Of a stretch of DNA of 33,365 nucleotides, positions 20,230-29,873 are shown piece by piece. Within the stretch, counting starts at the first letter, position 1. Each line of letters opens with the position of its first letter. The DNA is from Bacillota bacterium. Lineage in GTDB: Bacteria > Bacillota > Sulfobacillia > JAMDAP01 > JAJYMS01. The DNA lies in contig JBGFRN010000040.1 of the NCBI GenBank assembly GCA_041695105.1, positions 1-33,365 on the forward strand. Reading direction: 5' to 3'. The notes beneath the pieces are model-generated. The model was given only the letters and a program-made list of their open reading frames with translations, had not been told where the DNA came from and did not search any database. The position numbers were made by a program, and so were the translations under genes.

Positions 20230-21465
20230 ATGATAAATACCAAAAACAACGAATTGCTCCACACCCTCGGCTCGGCCGCCGCGCTGGCGCTGGGAACCGG
20301 GCTAGTCTTGTGGGCGCCGCGATCGATCTGGGCGCTGCTGGTGTTCATCGGTTCGATCCTCTGGATCCTGGGCGGCCCGCTCCTAAAACCGGCGCGCTGG
20401 GCCCTGGCCGTCCTGGCCCTCGGCCTATTGCTTCCCTGGATCGGCCAACATAACGAGTCGTACCTGGATGTAGCCGTAACCATAGGCATCTACATGGCCC
20501 TGGCCATCGGGCTTAACGTCGTCGTTGGGTTTGCCGGCCTGCTCGACCTCGGTTACGTGGCTTTTTACGGGATAGGGGCCTATCTCTACGCCATTTTTGC
20601 TTCCCCTCACGCCAAGCAGCTTTTTGAAAACACCGCCCTGGCCGGCCTGGTGCCGCTGTCGGGCAACTGGTTCTGGCCCTTCCTGCTTTTCGGGGTGATC
20701 GCCGCCGCCATTTCCGGGGTTCTCCTCGGGCTGCCGGTGCTCAGGCTGCGCGGCGACTACCTGGCCATCGTCACCCTGGGCTTCGGTGAGATCATCCGCA
20801 TTCTGCTTAACAATCTGAACAAGCCCATCAACATCACTAACGGACCTAAGGGTATCGTCCCGGTGGCCGCTCCCGAGATCGGATCCTATTCGATGGGGAG
20901 CCTGACCCACTACTATTTCATCGCCCTGGCGCTGGTTCTTCTGACGGTCGTCGTCGCCCGGCGGATGGAGCATTCCTGGGTCGGGCGGGCCTGGGCCGCC
21001 ATCCGCGAGGACGAGATCGCGGCGCGGGCGATGGGCATCCCGCTGGTTAAGATAAAACTTCTGGCCTTCGCGGCCGGCGCTTCGTTCGCTGGGGCGATGG
21101 GGGCGCTGTTCGCGGCCAAGCTGGCCTTCGTCGACCCGACCAGCTTCTCGTTTATGGAATCGATCGGGATTTTAGCTATGGTCATCCTGGGCGGGATGGG
21201 AAGTATCAATGGGGCACTGATCGGAGCCACGGCCGTGGTCGTCTTGCAGTTCCAGATACTCAAATCGCTGTCGGAGTGGATGGTCAGCCTTTCGACCAAG
21301 GGCCTGCTCAACCTGCCCTCCCAGCTTGACCCCTCAAAACTCGAGCGCTTTATCTTCGGGATCATTCTGGTTCTGATGATGCTCTTCCGCCCCGAGGGAA
21401 TTCTGCCGGAACGCAGGCGCGAGCTAGACCTGCCCGAGCCCAACCGGATTGGGGGAGGGAACTAA
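20230..21465 (+). CDS. livM: HAAT ABC transporter permease LivM
   Basis: GLNVVVGFAGLLDLGY, RLRGDYLAIVTLGFGE, AIREDEIAA. Confidence 0.94.
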   Translation: MINTKNNELLHTLGSAAALALGTGLVLWAPRSIWALLVFIGSILWILGGPLLKPARWALAVLALGLLLPWIGQHNESYLDVAVTIGIYMALAIGLNVVVGFAGLLDLGYVAFYGIGAYLYAIFASPHAKQLFENTALAGLVPLSGNWFWPFLLFGVIAAAISGVLLGLPVLRLRGDYLAIVTLGFGEIIRILLNNLNKPINITNGPKGIVPVAAPEIGSYSMGSLTHYYFIALALVLLTVVVARRMEHSWVGRAWAAIREDEIAARAMGIPLVKIKLLAFAAGASFAGAMGALFAAKLAFVDPTSFSFMESIGILAMVILGGMGSINGALIGATAVVVLQFQILKSLSEWMVSLSTKGLLNLPSQLDPSKLERFIFGIILVLMMLFRPEGILPERRRELDLPEPNRIGGGN

Positions 21466-21466
21466 C

Positions 21467-22233
21467 ATGGCTCTTCTTGAAGCGAAAAATGTAGTCAAGC
21501 GCTTTGGCGGGCTGGTGGCGGTCAATGACGTCAGCTTCGCCCTGGATCAAGGGGTGATCGCCGCTATCATTGGACCCAACGGCGCCGGCAAGACAACATT
21601 CTTCAACAACGTGACCGGAATTTACCGGCCCGAGGGCGGGAGCATCACCTTCGACGGCAAGAACTTGGTCGGCCTGAGCCCGGATCAGGTCCTCAGGGCT
21701 GGCATCGCCCGCACCTTCCAGAACATCAGGCTCTTCTCCAGCCTGACCGCTGTTGAGAACGTGCTGATCGGGATGCACTCTCACCTGAAAAGCGGCTTCA
21801 GCGACATCATTTTCCGGACCGCGAGCTTCCACAGCGAAGAGAAGGCGGCTTTGCAGCGGGCGGTGGATCTCCTGGACTTCGTCGGTCTGGGCGGGAAGGG
21901 CAACTTGGTAGCCAAAAACCTCCCCTACGGCGATCAGCGGCGATTGGAGGTAGCCCGGGCCCTGGCGGCTAGGCCCAAATTGCTATTGCTCGACGAGCCG
22001 ACCGCCGGGATGAATCCGAAAGAAACCGACGAAATGAAGCATTTCATCCGCCGCCTGCGGGATGAACTGGGCATCTCAATCCTTCTGATCGAGCACGATA
22101 TGAAGCTGGTCATGGGCATATCCGAGCAGATCACCGTCCTCGACTACGGTACCAAGATTGCTGAGGGTTCCCCGGATGAGGTCAAGAAAAACCCCCGGGT
22201 GATCGAGGCCTACCTCGGAAGGGGGGCGACGGC

Positions 22234-22237
<4 letters not shown>
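21467..22237 (+). CDS. livG: HAAT ABC transporter ATPase LivG
   Basis: GPNGAGKTT, RTFQNIRLF, LPYGDQRRLE, LLLDEP. Confidence 0.95.
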
Positions 22238-22952
<715 letters not shown>

Positions 22953-22956
<4 letters not shown>

Positions 22957-23657
22957 CGGGACTCGACTACGCGATACTCGTTTTTCTGGCGCTGGGAGCG
23001 ATCCGGGGTTGGCTGCGGGGACTGCTGGTCCTCGTGACCGACCTGGCCGGGTCGTTCCTGGCCTTTTATTTGGCGGCTAAGTACTCCGGGCCGCTGGTGG
23101 GGGCGATTGACCGGGCGACCGGGCTGGTAACCTCGACCGCCAAAACGCTTTCGGCCAAGTTCCCGGCCTCGTTACCGGCCATGGCCGCCCCGATCCCCAA
23201 GGCCGGCGGCCTCAACCTGCAGGCGGTAGGAGCCCTCGATTTACCGGAACCGGTCAAGAAATGGGTCTTAAGCGGCGCGACCGACCTGCTCTCCGGTCCG
23301 CTCCCGGCCGGATCCCAAACGGTGGGCGACCTGATTTCCTACCAACTGGCAATCACCCTTTGGATGGCGGCCCTCTTTCTGGTCGGGGGCCTGCTGCTGG
23401 GCAAAGCACTGACCCTGATCGGAGAGGTCGCCTCGCGGGCGCTTGACCTGACGCCTCTTCTGTTATTCAACCGTACGGGTGGAGCCGCCCTGGGCGCGGC
23501 CCAGGCCGCCCTGCTCGCGGCCGTCCTGACCGCCCTGGCCCTGCCGATCATCAACCTTGGCCAGCCCTGGCCGCCCTTGGCCAATTCCAAGCTGGTTCCC
23601 CTTCTGTCTTCAACCCTATGGTCCCTGGCCGGCTGGCTGCTTTCGAAAGTCTCATAG
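22953..23657 (+). CDS. CvpA (colicin V production) family membrane protein
   Basis: LDYAIL...GAIRGWLRGL, NRTGGAALG, SKLVP; multiple TM segments. Confidence 0.8.
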
Positions 23658-23745
23658 GGAGTCATCATATCCTGGTCCCGCCACGCTTCGTTGCCGGTCG
23701 GCTTCGGCGGCGCAGCCTTGGCCGGGTCGGAGGGGAGGGTGCCCG

Positions 23746-23964
23746 GTGGGCCTGCCGATTAAACTGTCCGTAGGTGACGTCCTGCGCCTGAAGAAGACCC
23801 ACCCCTGCGGCTCCGACCGCTGGGAGATCACTCGCACTGGAATCGACATCGGGCTGAAGTGCCTTGGCTGTGGCCGGTATGTAATGATACCCCGCATCAA
23901 GTTAGAAAAGTCTATTAAAGAGATTTCGCGCCAAAATATTTCACGCCAAAATATTGAATCCTAG
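23746..23964 (+). CDS. DUF951 (YyzM-like) protein
   Basis: VGDVLRLKKTHPCGSDRWEITRTGIDIGLKCLGCGR; GTG start behind GGAGG. Confidence 0.9.
   Translation: MGLPIKLSVGDVLRLKKTHPCGSDRWEITRTGIDIGLKCLGCGRYVMIPRIKLEKSIKEISRQNISRQNIES
23923..23952 (+). repeat. 15-bp tandem duplication (2 copies)
   Basis: ATTTCGCGCCAAAAT then ATTTCACGCCAAAAT; encodes ISRQN-ISRQN. Confidence 0.85.
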
Positions 23965-23982
23965 GCTCTGACGTTATATAAT
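23954..23982 (+). promoter_or_regulatory. sigmaA promoter of rpsF-ssb-rpsR
   Basis: TTGAAT-N17-TATAAT. Confidence 0.75.
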
Positions 23983-24047
23983 TACCGATGCATTTTCAGA
24001 GACGGTCGGGTTATCCCTCGCAGGCGACCTGCCTCGGGCGGCCGGCC

Positions 24048-24098
24048 GCTCCCCCTGCTCCGCGCTCGACGCGGGGCCGAAGGCCATAGGGAGGAGGT
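24048..24098 (+). promoter_or_regulatory. S6:S18 ribosomal protein leader (autogenous control element)
   Basis: CTCCCCCTGCTC-hairpin-GGCCGAAGGCC-ATAGGGAGGAGG; the pyrimidine tract can pair with the rpsF Shine-Dalgarno, as in Firmicute rpsF leaders. Confidence 0.6.
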
Positions 24099-24104
24099 AA
24101 ACAG

Positions 24105-24392
24105 ATGAAGTCCTACGAAGCGGTGTTCATTTCAAGGCCCGAACTGGACGAGGAAGGCCAGCAGGCCGTGGTGGACAAATTCACCGGTCTCATCCAGAAC
24201 CAGGGCGGAACCGTTGCGGGCGTGGATAAGATGGGTAAGCGCCGTCTTGCCTACGAGATCAACGGCTTCCGCGACGGGCACTACACCCTCGTTAACTTCA
24301 AAGGAGAGGCGGGCGTGCCGCGCGAGCTCGACCGGGTTTTGAAGATCTCCGATGAAGTTATCAGGCATCTAATCATTAAGAAAGACGAGTAA
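24105..24392 (+). CDS. rpsF: 30S ribosomal protein S6
   Basis: YEAVFI.RP, GKRRLAYEI, VIRHLI. Confidence 0.98.
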   Translation: MKSYEAVFISRPELDEEGQQAVVDKFTGLIQNQGGTVAGVDKMGKRRLAYEINGFRDGHYTLVNFKGEAGVPRELDRVLKISDEVIRHLIIKKDE

Positions 24393-24409
24393 CGAAGGGC
24401 GGGTCACCC

Positions 24410-24793
24410 GTGTTTAACAAGATCATTTTGATCGGACGCCTGACCCGTGATCCCGAGCTGCGCTACACTCCCAACGGGAAGGCCGTGGCCAGTTTCACCC
24501 TGGCGGTCGACCGCAACCGAACCAACCAGAGCGGTGAGCGCGAGGCCGATTTCATCGACATTGTCGTCTGGGATAAGCAGGCTGAAGTTGTCGCCAATCA
24601 CCTGGGCAAGGGCCGCCTGGTGGCCGTCGAGGGGCGGCTCCAGATTCGCTCCTATGAAACTCAGGACGGCCAGCGTCGCAAGGCGGCCGAGGTCGTGGCG
24701 CAATCGGTACGCTTCCTCGACCGGGCCAAAGCGGCCGGGGGCGAGAGTGATCTTGGCACCGAGGTCCCTCATGAGGACGACGTCCCGTTCTAG
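24410..24793 (+). CDS. ssb: Single-stranded DNA-binding protein
   Basis: NKIILIGRLTRDPELRYT, VEGRLQIRSY, C-terminal DDVPF. Confidence 0.98.
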   Translation: MFNKIILIGRLTRDPELRYTPNGKAVASFTLAVDRNRTNQSGEREADFIDIVVWDKQAEVVANHLGKGRLVAVEGRLQIRSYETQDGQRRKAAEVVAQSVRFLDRAKAAGGESDLGTEVPHEDDVPF

Positions 24794-24821
24794 TCACAGA
24801 TAGTTTAAGGAGGCCAAGCAC

Positions 24822-25052
24822 ATGCCTAGAGAGCGCGGCCGCAGGCCGAAGAAGAAGGTCTGCAGCTTTTGCGTTGACAAGGTCGAGTCAATCGAATATA
24901 AGGAAGCCCACAAACTGAAGCGCTTCATCACCGAGCGCGGCAAGCTCCTGCCGCGCAGGATTTCGGGCAACTGCGCTTGTCACCAGCGCCAGCTCACCCT
25001 GGCCGTCAAGCGCGCCCGGATGATCGCCCTGCTTCCGTTTACGGTGGAGTAG
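24822..25052 (+). CDS. rpsR: 30S ribosomal protein S18 (Zn-binding form)
   Basis: [29 protein letters not shown]. Confidence 0.98.
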   Translation: MPRERGRRPKKKVCSFCVDKVESIEYKEAHKLKRFITERGKLLPRRISGNCACHQRQLTLAVKRARMIALLPFTVE

Positions 25053-25056
25053 GCCG

Positions 25057-25086
25057 AAAAGAATGGGCCCCGCCTGCGGAGCCCAT
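25057..25086 (-). terminator. Intrinsic terminator oriented for the minus strand
   Basis: Minus strand ATGGGCTCCGC-ag-GCGGGGCCCAT followed by TCTTTT; no T-tract follows the hairpin on the plus strand. Confidence 0.7.
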
Positions 25087-25091
25087 AATGA

Positions 25092-25202
25092 TCACTTAGC
25101 TGTTTGGGTTTTGTCTGTCTTAACCGGCTGATTGTGGCCGGTTTTCCCTTTGTCCGGGGCGGACTTTTCAAGGCATCCGCAACAGCACGGCGCCTGGGCC
25201 AT
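25092..25202 (-). CDS. Small Cys-rich peptide (36 aa, CCCGC motif), function unknown
   Basis: MAQAPCCCGCLEKSAPDKGKTGHNQPVKTDKTQTAK*; RBS AAAGGAG 7 nt before ATG; terminator 5 nt after the stop; not in ORF track. Confidence 0.7.
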   Translation of the reverse strand: MAQAPCCCGCLEKSAPDKGKTGHNQPVKTDKTQTAK

Positions 25203-25388
25203 CTTGTCACTCCTTTCGCTGCAGAGATAAATGCCTCGTTTTGGAAAGGGCTCAGCAGGCGGGCCTGGTGGACGAAGGCTCCATTTTTATCCTCGGCCGG
25301 TCGCCGGAGGTTATGGAGGATTCGAATCCGGTTCGGGCGAACTAAGCTTAGTCCGGCTTGGTCCATATTAAGTTAGGGGTGTTGTGGG

Positions 25389-25835
25389 TTGAAGGTTATC
25401 CTGATTCAAGACGTTAAAGGACTGGGCAAGAAAGGCGACTGCCTCGAAGTGGCGGAGGGTCACGCCCGGAATTTTCTAATACCTCGCGGTCTAGCCAAAG
25501 AGGGCACCCAAGGCAACCTGAAGAGCCTCAAGCTAGAAAAAGACCAGCAGGCGGCCAAGGTCAAGAAGATCGCCGATCAGGCCAAGGCCCAGGCCAAACA
25601 GCTTGAAGGGGTGTCTGTTACCATCAAGGCCCGGACGGGGGAGGGGGGCAGGCTTTTCGGCTCGGTGACCTCGAAGGACGTGGCCGAGGCCCTGGCGGCT
25701 CAGCGCAAAGTGACCGTCGATCGCCGGAAGATCGAAATGGAGGAGCATATCAAGAGCCTGGGAACCTATCAGGCCACCCTCCGCCTGCACCCCGAAGTGG
25801 TAGTCAAGATTCAAGTCCTGATCGAAGGGATGTAG
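25389..25835 (+). CDS. rplI: 50S ribosomal protein L9
   Basis: MKVILIQDVKGLGKKG, GHARNFLIP, RLFGSVT, LHPEV. Confidence 0.98.
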   Translation: MKVILIQDVKGLGKKGDCLEVAEGHARNFLIPRGLAKEGTQGNLKSLKLEKDQQAAKVKKIADQAKAQAKQLEGVSVTIKARTGEGGRLFGSVTSKDVAEALAAQRKVTVDRRKIEMEEHIKSLGTYQATLRLHPEVVVKIQVLIEGM

Positions 25836-25842
25836 CCCTAGG

Positions 25843-27828
25843 GTGAAGCAGTTTTTTGACCGCATCGTTCCCGGATCGGGCCGCACGGGCGGCACCCGCT
25901 CCGGAGAGGAGATACTCAAGCGCCAGGTGGCCACGCTTTTCGGGCTGCTGTCCAACCTCTATGGGCCGGACAAGCTCGTCTTAAAGGCGGCCAAGCTGGA
26001 CGCCGTGCAGGCGATGCGCTCGCCGAATCTGGCCGAGCAGGTTATGGCCCTGCAGCGGCTGGTTCACGAGGACCCGACCATCGACCGGCCGCCCCAGCTC
26101 GGGCGCATACCGGAGATCTTAGATGAAATCGAGGATGAGATCTCCGATCTGATCGCCCGCCGGTCGGTTGAGGAAAAGCTGGACAAGAAGATCAACGAGC
26201 GCATGCAGCAGCGCCATGAGGAGTACGTCCGGGAGATCAAGATGCAAATCTTGAAGGAGGACGGCGGGCCCGAGAACGCCCAGACCCTCAAGCGCTACGC
26301 CAAGCTCGAAAAACTTGAGACCAGAAAGCTGGCGGCATCGGCCCTTGACGTCCTGCGACCCAAGTCGCTGACCGAGGTGGTCGGGCAAAAGTCGTCGATC
26401 GAGGCCCTGCTGACCAAGGTGGCCTCGCCCTACCCGCAGCACGTCATCCTCTACGGCCCGCCCGGGGTCGGTAAGACGACCGTGGCCCGCCTGGTTCTGG
26501 AGGAGGCCAAGCGCCGCCCGCACACCCCTTTTAAGAACGACGCTCCGTTCGTCGAGGTAGACGGAACCACCCTCCGCTGGGATCCGCGCGAGGTGACCAA
26601 CCCTTTGCTTGGGTCGGTCCACGACCCGATCTACCAAGGCGCCCGGCGCGACCTGGCTGAGGGAGGGGTGCCCGAGCCGAAGCCCGGTCTGGTAACCGAC
26701 GCCCACGGCGGGATTCTATTTATCGACGAGATCGGCGAGCTTGATCCAATGCTCCAGAACAAGCTGCTCAAGGTGCTGGAAGACAAGAGGGTCAGCTTCG
26801 ATTCAGCTTATTACGACCCGAATGACCAGAACATCCCGAAATACATCAAAAAGCTCTTTGACGAGGGCGGCCCGGCCGATTTCCTGCTGATCGGGGCCAC
26901 TACCCGCGACCCGTCAGAGATCAACCCGGCCCTGAGGTCTCGCAGCAGTGAGGTCTTTTTTGAGCCGCTGACCCCCTCGGAGATCGCCCAGATCGTCGGG
27001 GCGGCCGCCGGGAGGCTCGGGGCCATAATCGAGCCCGGCTGCGGATCGCTGATCGCCGAATATACCATCGAGGGCCGGCGGGCAATGACCATTCTGGCCG
27101 ACGCCTACGGCGTGGCTCTCGAGAAGAGCTTCCACCGGGAAGCCAGCAACGAAGGATCTGGTGGGCCGGGCGGCCTCGTGATCACCGAGGAGGACGTTCT
27201 CAAGGTGATCCGCAGCTCTCGTCTCAGCCCCCACAAGGGCCCCCAGGCCGGGGGTGAGCCCCAGGTCGGCCGGGCTTACGGGCTTGGCGTTCAGGGGTAC
27301 CTGGGCTCGGTCCTCGAGATTGAGGCCGTAGCCTTCCCGGCGCGGGAGAAGGGCAAGGGAGCCCTGCGCTTTAACGACACGGCCGGGTCGATGTTCAAAG
27401 ACTCGGTTTTCAATGCCGCCTCAGTCATGCGCCGGCTATCCGGCCGCGACCTGGCCGATTACGATGTCCACTGCAACGTGGTGGGAGGCGGGCGCATCGA
27501 CGGCCCCTCAGCCGGGGCAGCGGTCTTCTTGGCCATTCTCTCAGCCATCACCGGGCGCCCGGTCCGGCAGGATACCGGCCTGACCGGCGAGATCTCGATT
27601 CGCGGCCTGATCAAGCCGGTGGGGGGGATCCATGAAAAACTCTACGGGGCCCGTCTGGCCGGGGTGCGCCGGGTACTGCTTCCCGAGGATAACCGGCGCG
27701 ATATCCCGAAAGAGACTGGCCCAATCGAGGTTACCCTGGTCCGCACCATCGACGAGGTGGTCGATCTAGCCCTGTTGCCCGAACCGGGGCGGGGTGCCGT
27801 GCCGGAGGAGAAGGTGAGTTCCGCTTGA
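25843..27828 (+). CDS. lonC: Lon-family ATP-dependent protease (clostridial LonB/LonC type)
   Basis: GPPGVGKTT, LLGSVHDPIYQGA, LFIDEIGE, IDGPSAG (catalytic Ser), VGGIHEK (catalytic Lys). Confidence 0.9.
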   Translation: MKQFFDRIVPGSGRTGGTRSGEEILKRQVATLFGLLSNLYGPDKLVLKAAKLDAVQAMRSPNLAEQVMALQRLVHEDPTIDRPPQLGRIPEILDEIEDEISDLIARRSVEEKLDKKINERMQQRHEEYVREIKMQILKEDGGPENAQTLKRYAKLEKLETRKLAASALDVLRPKSLTEVVGQKSSIEALLTKVASPYPQHVILYGPPGVGKTTVARLVLEEAKRRPHTPFKNDAPFVEVDGTTLRWDPREVTNPLLGSVHDPIYQGARRDLAEGGVPEPKPGLVTDAHGGILFIDEIGELDPMLQNKLLKVLEDKRVSFDSAYYDPNDQNIPKYIKKLFDEGGPADFLLIGATTRDPSEINPALRSRSSEVFFEPLTPSEIAQIVGAAAGRLGAIIEPGCGSLIAEYTIEGRRAMTILADAYGVALEKSFHREASNEGSGGPGGLVITEEDVLKVIRSSRLSPHKGPQAGGEPQVGRAYGLGVQGYLGSVLEIEAVAFPAREKGKGALRFNDTAGSMFKDSVFNAASVMRRLSGRDLADYDVHCNVVGGGRIDGPSAGAAVFLAILSAITGRPVRQDTGLTGEISIRGLIKPVGGIHEKLYGARLAGVRRVLLPEDNRRDIPKETGPIEVTLVRTIDEVVDLALLPEPGRGAVPEEKVSSA

Positions 27829-29822
27829 GCCTGGCTTTCGATCGCATCCAGCCCCATAGCGAGGCGGCCGAGCAGTCGGTATTGGGCTCGATGATCCTCT
27901 CCGACGAGGCCATCGCCCGGGTCGAGGAGATCTTGCAGCCCGAGGATTTCTACCACGAAAATCACCGGGATATCTTCAAGTGTGTCCTGAACCTTTACCG
28001 GGACGGTCAGGCCGTCGACCTGGTCACCCTCTCGGAAGAGCTGAAGCGCTGCGGCCTGTTAGAGAAGATCGGGGGGATCACGTACCTGGCCGAAGTGGCC
28101 GGGAGCGTGCCTTCGGCGGCCAACGCCGAGGATTACGCTGAGATCGTCCGCACCAAGGCCACCCTGCGCAACCTGGCTCGGGCGGCCCATCGTATCCTGA
28201 ACAAGATCTATCAACCCGAGGAGAGCCTCCAGGCGATCGTCGAGGAAGCCGAGCGGGAGATTCTCGAAGTCTCCGGCCGGCGTACGATCAAGGGGTTCAC
28301 CGAGCTCAAAGAAGTTCTGGACCTGGCCCTGGACCGGATCGAGTTCCTGTACAGCAACAAGGGCCAAATCACCGGAACCCCGACCGGCTTCGCCGATTTC
28401 GACGCCATGACCTCGGGGCTGCATCCATCAGAATTTATCGTTATCGCCGCTCGTCCCTCGATGGGTAAGACCCAGTTGGCCCTTAACATCGCCCGGTATG
28501 CCGCGGTCGAGAAAAAGAAGGCGGTCGCCCTGTTCAGCCTGGAAATGCCGGCCGAGCAACTGGCGATGCGCCTGCTGGCCGCCGAGGCTACCATCGACAG
28601 CCAGCGGTTGCGCAACGGGCATCTTACTGAGGATCATTGGAAGCGCCTCGGTCACGCCCTGGCCCGGCTCTCTGAGGCCCCGATCTACATAGACGATACC
28701 TCCGGCCTCTCGCTGAACGAGATCCGGGCACGCACACGCCGGATCCAGCAAGAGCACAAGCTGGATATGATCCTGATCGACTACCTCCAGTTAATGAGCG
28801 GGGGAACCGGCCGCCGGACCGAGAACCGCCAGCAGGAGATCTCGGAGATCTCGCGCGGCCTCAAGGGGATCGCCCGCGACTTGAACGTCCCGGTCGTGGC
28901 CCTGTCGCAGCTCTCGCGCGCTGTCGAGAGCCGGCAGGATAAGCGTCCGATGTTGTCTGACCTAAGGGAGTGCCTAACCGGGGACACTCTGGTTGCCCTG
29001 GCTTCGGGAGAGCTTAAGCCGATTGAGGATTTGGTGGGGTTGGCACCGGAAGTCCTTACCCTGGACGGCTGGAGAATAAGCTCGGGGCGTGCCAGCCGGG
29101 TGTGGTGTGTTGGCGAAAGGCCGGTATACCAGTTAACCCTGAGATCCGGCCGGACAATTCGAGCCACGGCCAACCATCCTTTTAGATGCCTGGATGGGTG
29201 GGTGGCCTTGGAAGCTTTACGCCCGGGTCATCGAGTGGCTATTCCTAGGCGTTACCCGGCCGGTCGGGGAGTGGAGGGAAGGCTAGCGGGCCAAGTCGGA
29301 AATACCAACATCGATACAGTTCCAAAGGAAGTCTGGCGGGTAGTTCGGGAAAGGATGCGCTTTCTGGGGGTGACTCAGCGTCAGATGGCCCAACTTCGAG
29401 GCACGGCGTACGGGGGCACCAGCCATTACCAATTCGCGCCATCCCGGAGCGTTTTGTCCGAATACGCGGCCTTGCTAAGGTTCGCTGCGCTGCGTGAATT
29501 GGCTGATGCCGACGTATTTTGGGACGAGGTAAGAAGCATTGAGCCTGACGGTGTAGCCCCGGTGTTTGATATGGAAGTACCGGGGTCGCATAACTTCGTC
29601 GCCAACGGAATGGTTGTTCATAACAGCGGCGCAATCGAGCAAGACGCCGATTTGGTCTGCTTCATCTACCGCGACGACTACTACAACCCCGACAGCGAAA
29701 AGCCCAACATCGCCGAGGTCATCATCGCCAAGCAGCGCAATGGCCCGGTCGGCAAGCTCGAACTAGTCTTCATGAAGGAATTCGGCAAGTTCGTCTCGCT
29801 TGACAAGAAGCACCTGGACTAG
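27825..29822 (+). CDS. dnaB: Replicative DNA helicase (DnaB family; DnaC in B. subtilis naming), intein-containing
   Basis: AEQSVLG, AARPSMGKT, IDYLQL, LSQLSR, DLRE|intein|SGAIEQDAD, KQRNGP. Confidence 0.97.
   Translation: MSLAFDRIQPHSEAAEQSVLGSMILSDEAIARVEEILQPEDFYHENHRDIFKCVLNLYRDGQAVDLVTLSEELKRCGLLEKIGGITYLAEVAGSVPSAANAEDYAEIVRTKATLRNLARAAHRILNKIYQPEESLQAIVEEAEREILEVSGRRTIKGFTELKEVLDLALDRIEFLYSNKGQITGTPTGFADFDAMTSGLHPSEFIVIAARPSMGKTQLALNIARYAAVEKKKAVALFSLEMPAEQLAMRLLAAEATIDSQRLRNGHLTEDHWKRLGHALARLSEAPIYIDDTSGLSLNEIRARTRRIQQEHKLDMILIDYLQLMSGGTGRRTENRQQEISEISRGLKGIARDLNVPVVALSQLSRAVESRQDKRPMLSDLRECLTGDTLVALASGELKPIEDLVGLAPEVLTLDGWRISSGRASRVWCVGERPVYQLTLRSGRTIRATANHPFRCLDGWVALEALRPGHRVAIPRRYPAGRGVEGRLAGQVGNTNIDTVPKEVWRVVRERMRFLGVTQRQMAQLRGTAYGGTSHYQFAPSRSVLSEYAALLRFAALRELADADVFWDEVRSIEPDGVAPVFDMEVPGSHNFVANGMVVHNSGAIEQDADLVCFIYRDDYYNPDSEKPNIAEVIIAKQRNGPVGKLELVFMKEFGKFVSLDKKHLD
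28971..29624 (+). mobile_element. Class 1 intein (218 aa) at the DnaB RE/SG site, with no LAGLIDADG endonuclease
   Basis: Block A CLTGDT, block B ATANHPF, block F VFDMEV..SHNFVANG, block G VHN/S. Confidence 0.96.
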
Positions 29823-29843
29823 TGGCATCGTTCGGGCCTTTGA

Positions 29844-29873
29844 TTGACAACACTTGAGGGGCTCTGCTAGAAT
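29844..29873 (+). promoter_or_regulatory. sigmaA promoter of purA
   Basis: TTGACA-N18-TAGAAT with extended TG; PurBox-like CCGAACGAT on the minus strand directly upstream (29827-29841). Confidence 0.75.

Noticed and set aside
25220-25295. Fluoride-riboswitch-like or ribozyme-like fold in the leader of the Cys peptide gene
   Set aside because: Only loose similarity (AUGGAG...GCUGA); the conserved GAUGG and GAUGACUCC elements and the hammerhead core are absent. An Infernal/Rfam scan would settle it
25104-25376. Plus-strand 90-aa ORF and minus-strand 128-aa ORF (24980-25366) in the rpsR-rplI gap
   Set aside because: No RBS or family features; the 36-aa minus-strand ORF has both an RBS and a terminator
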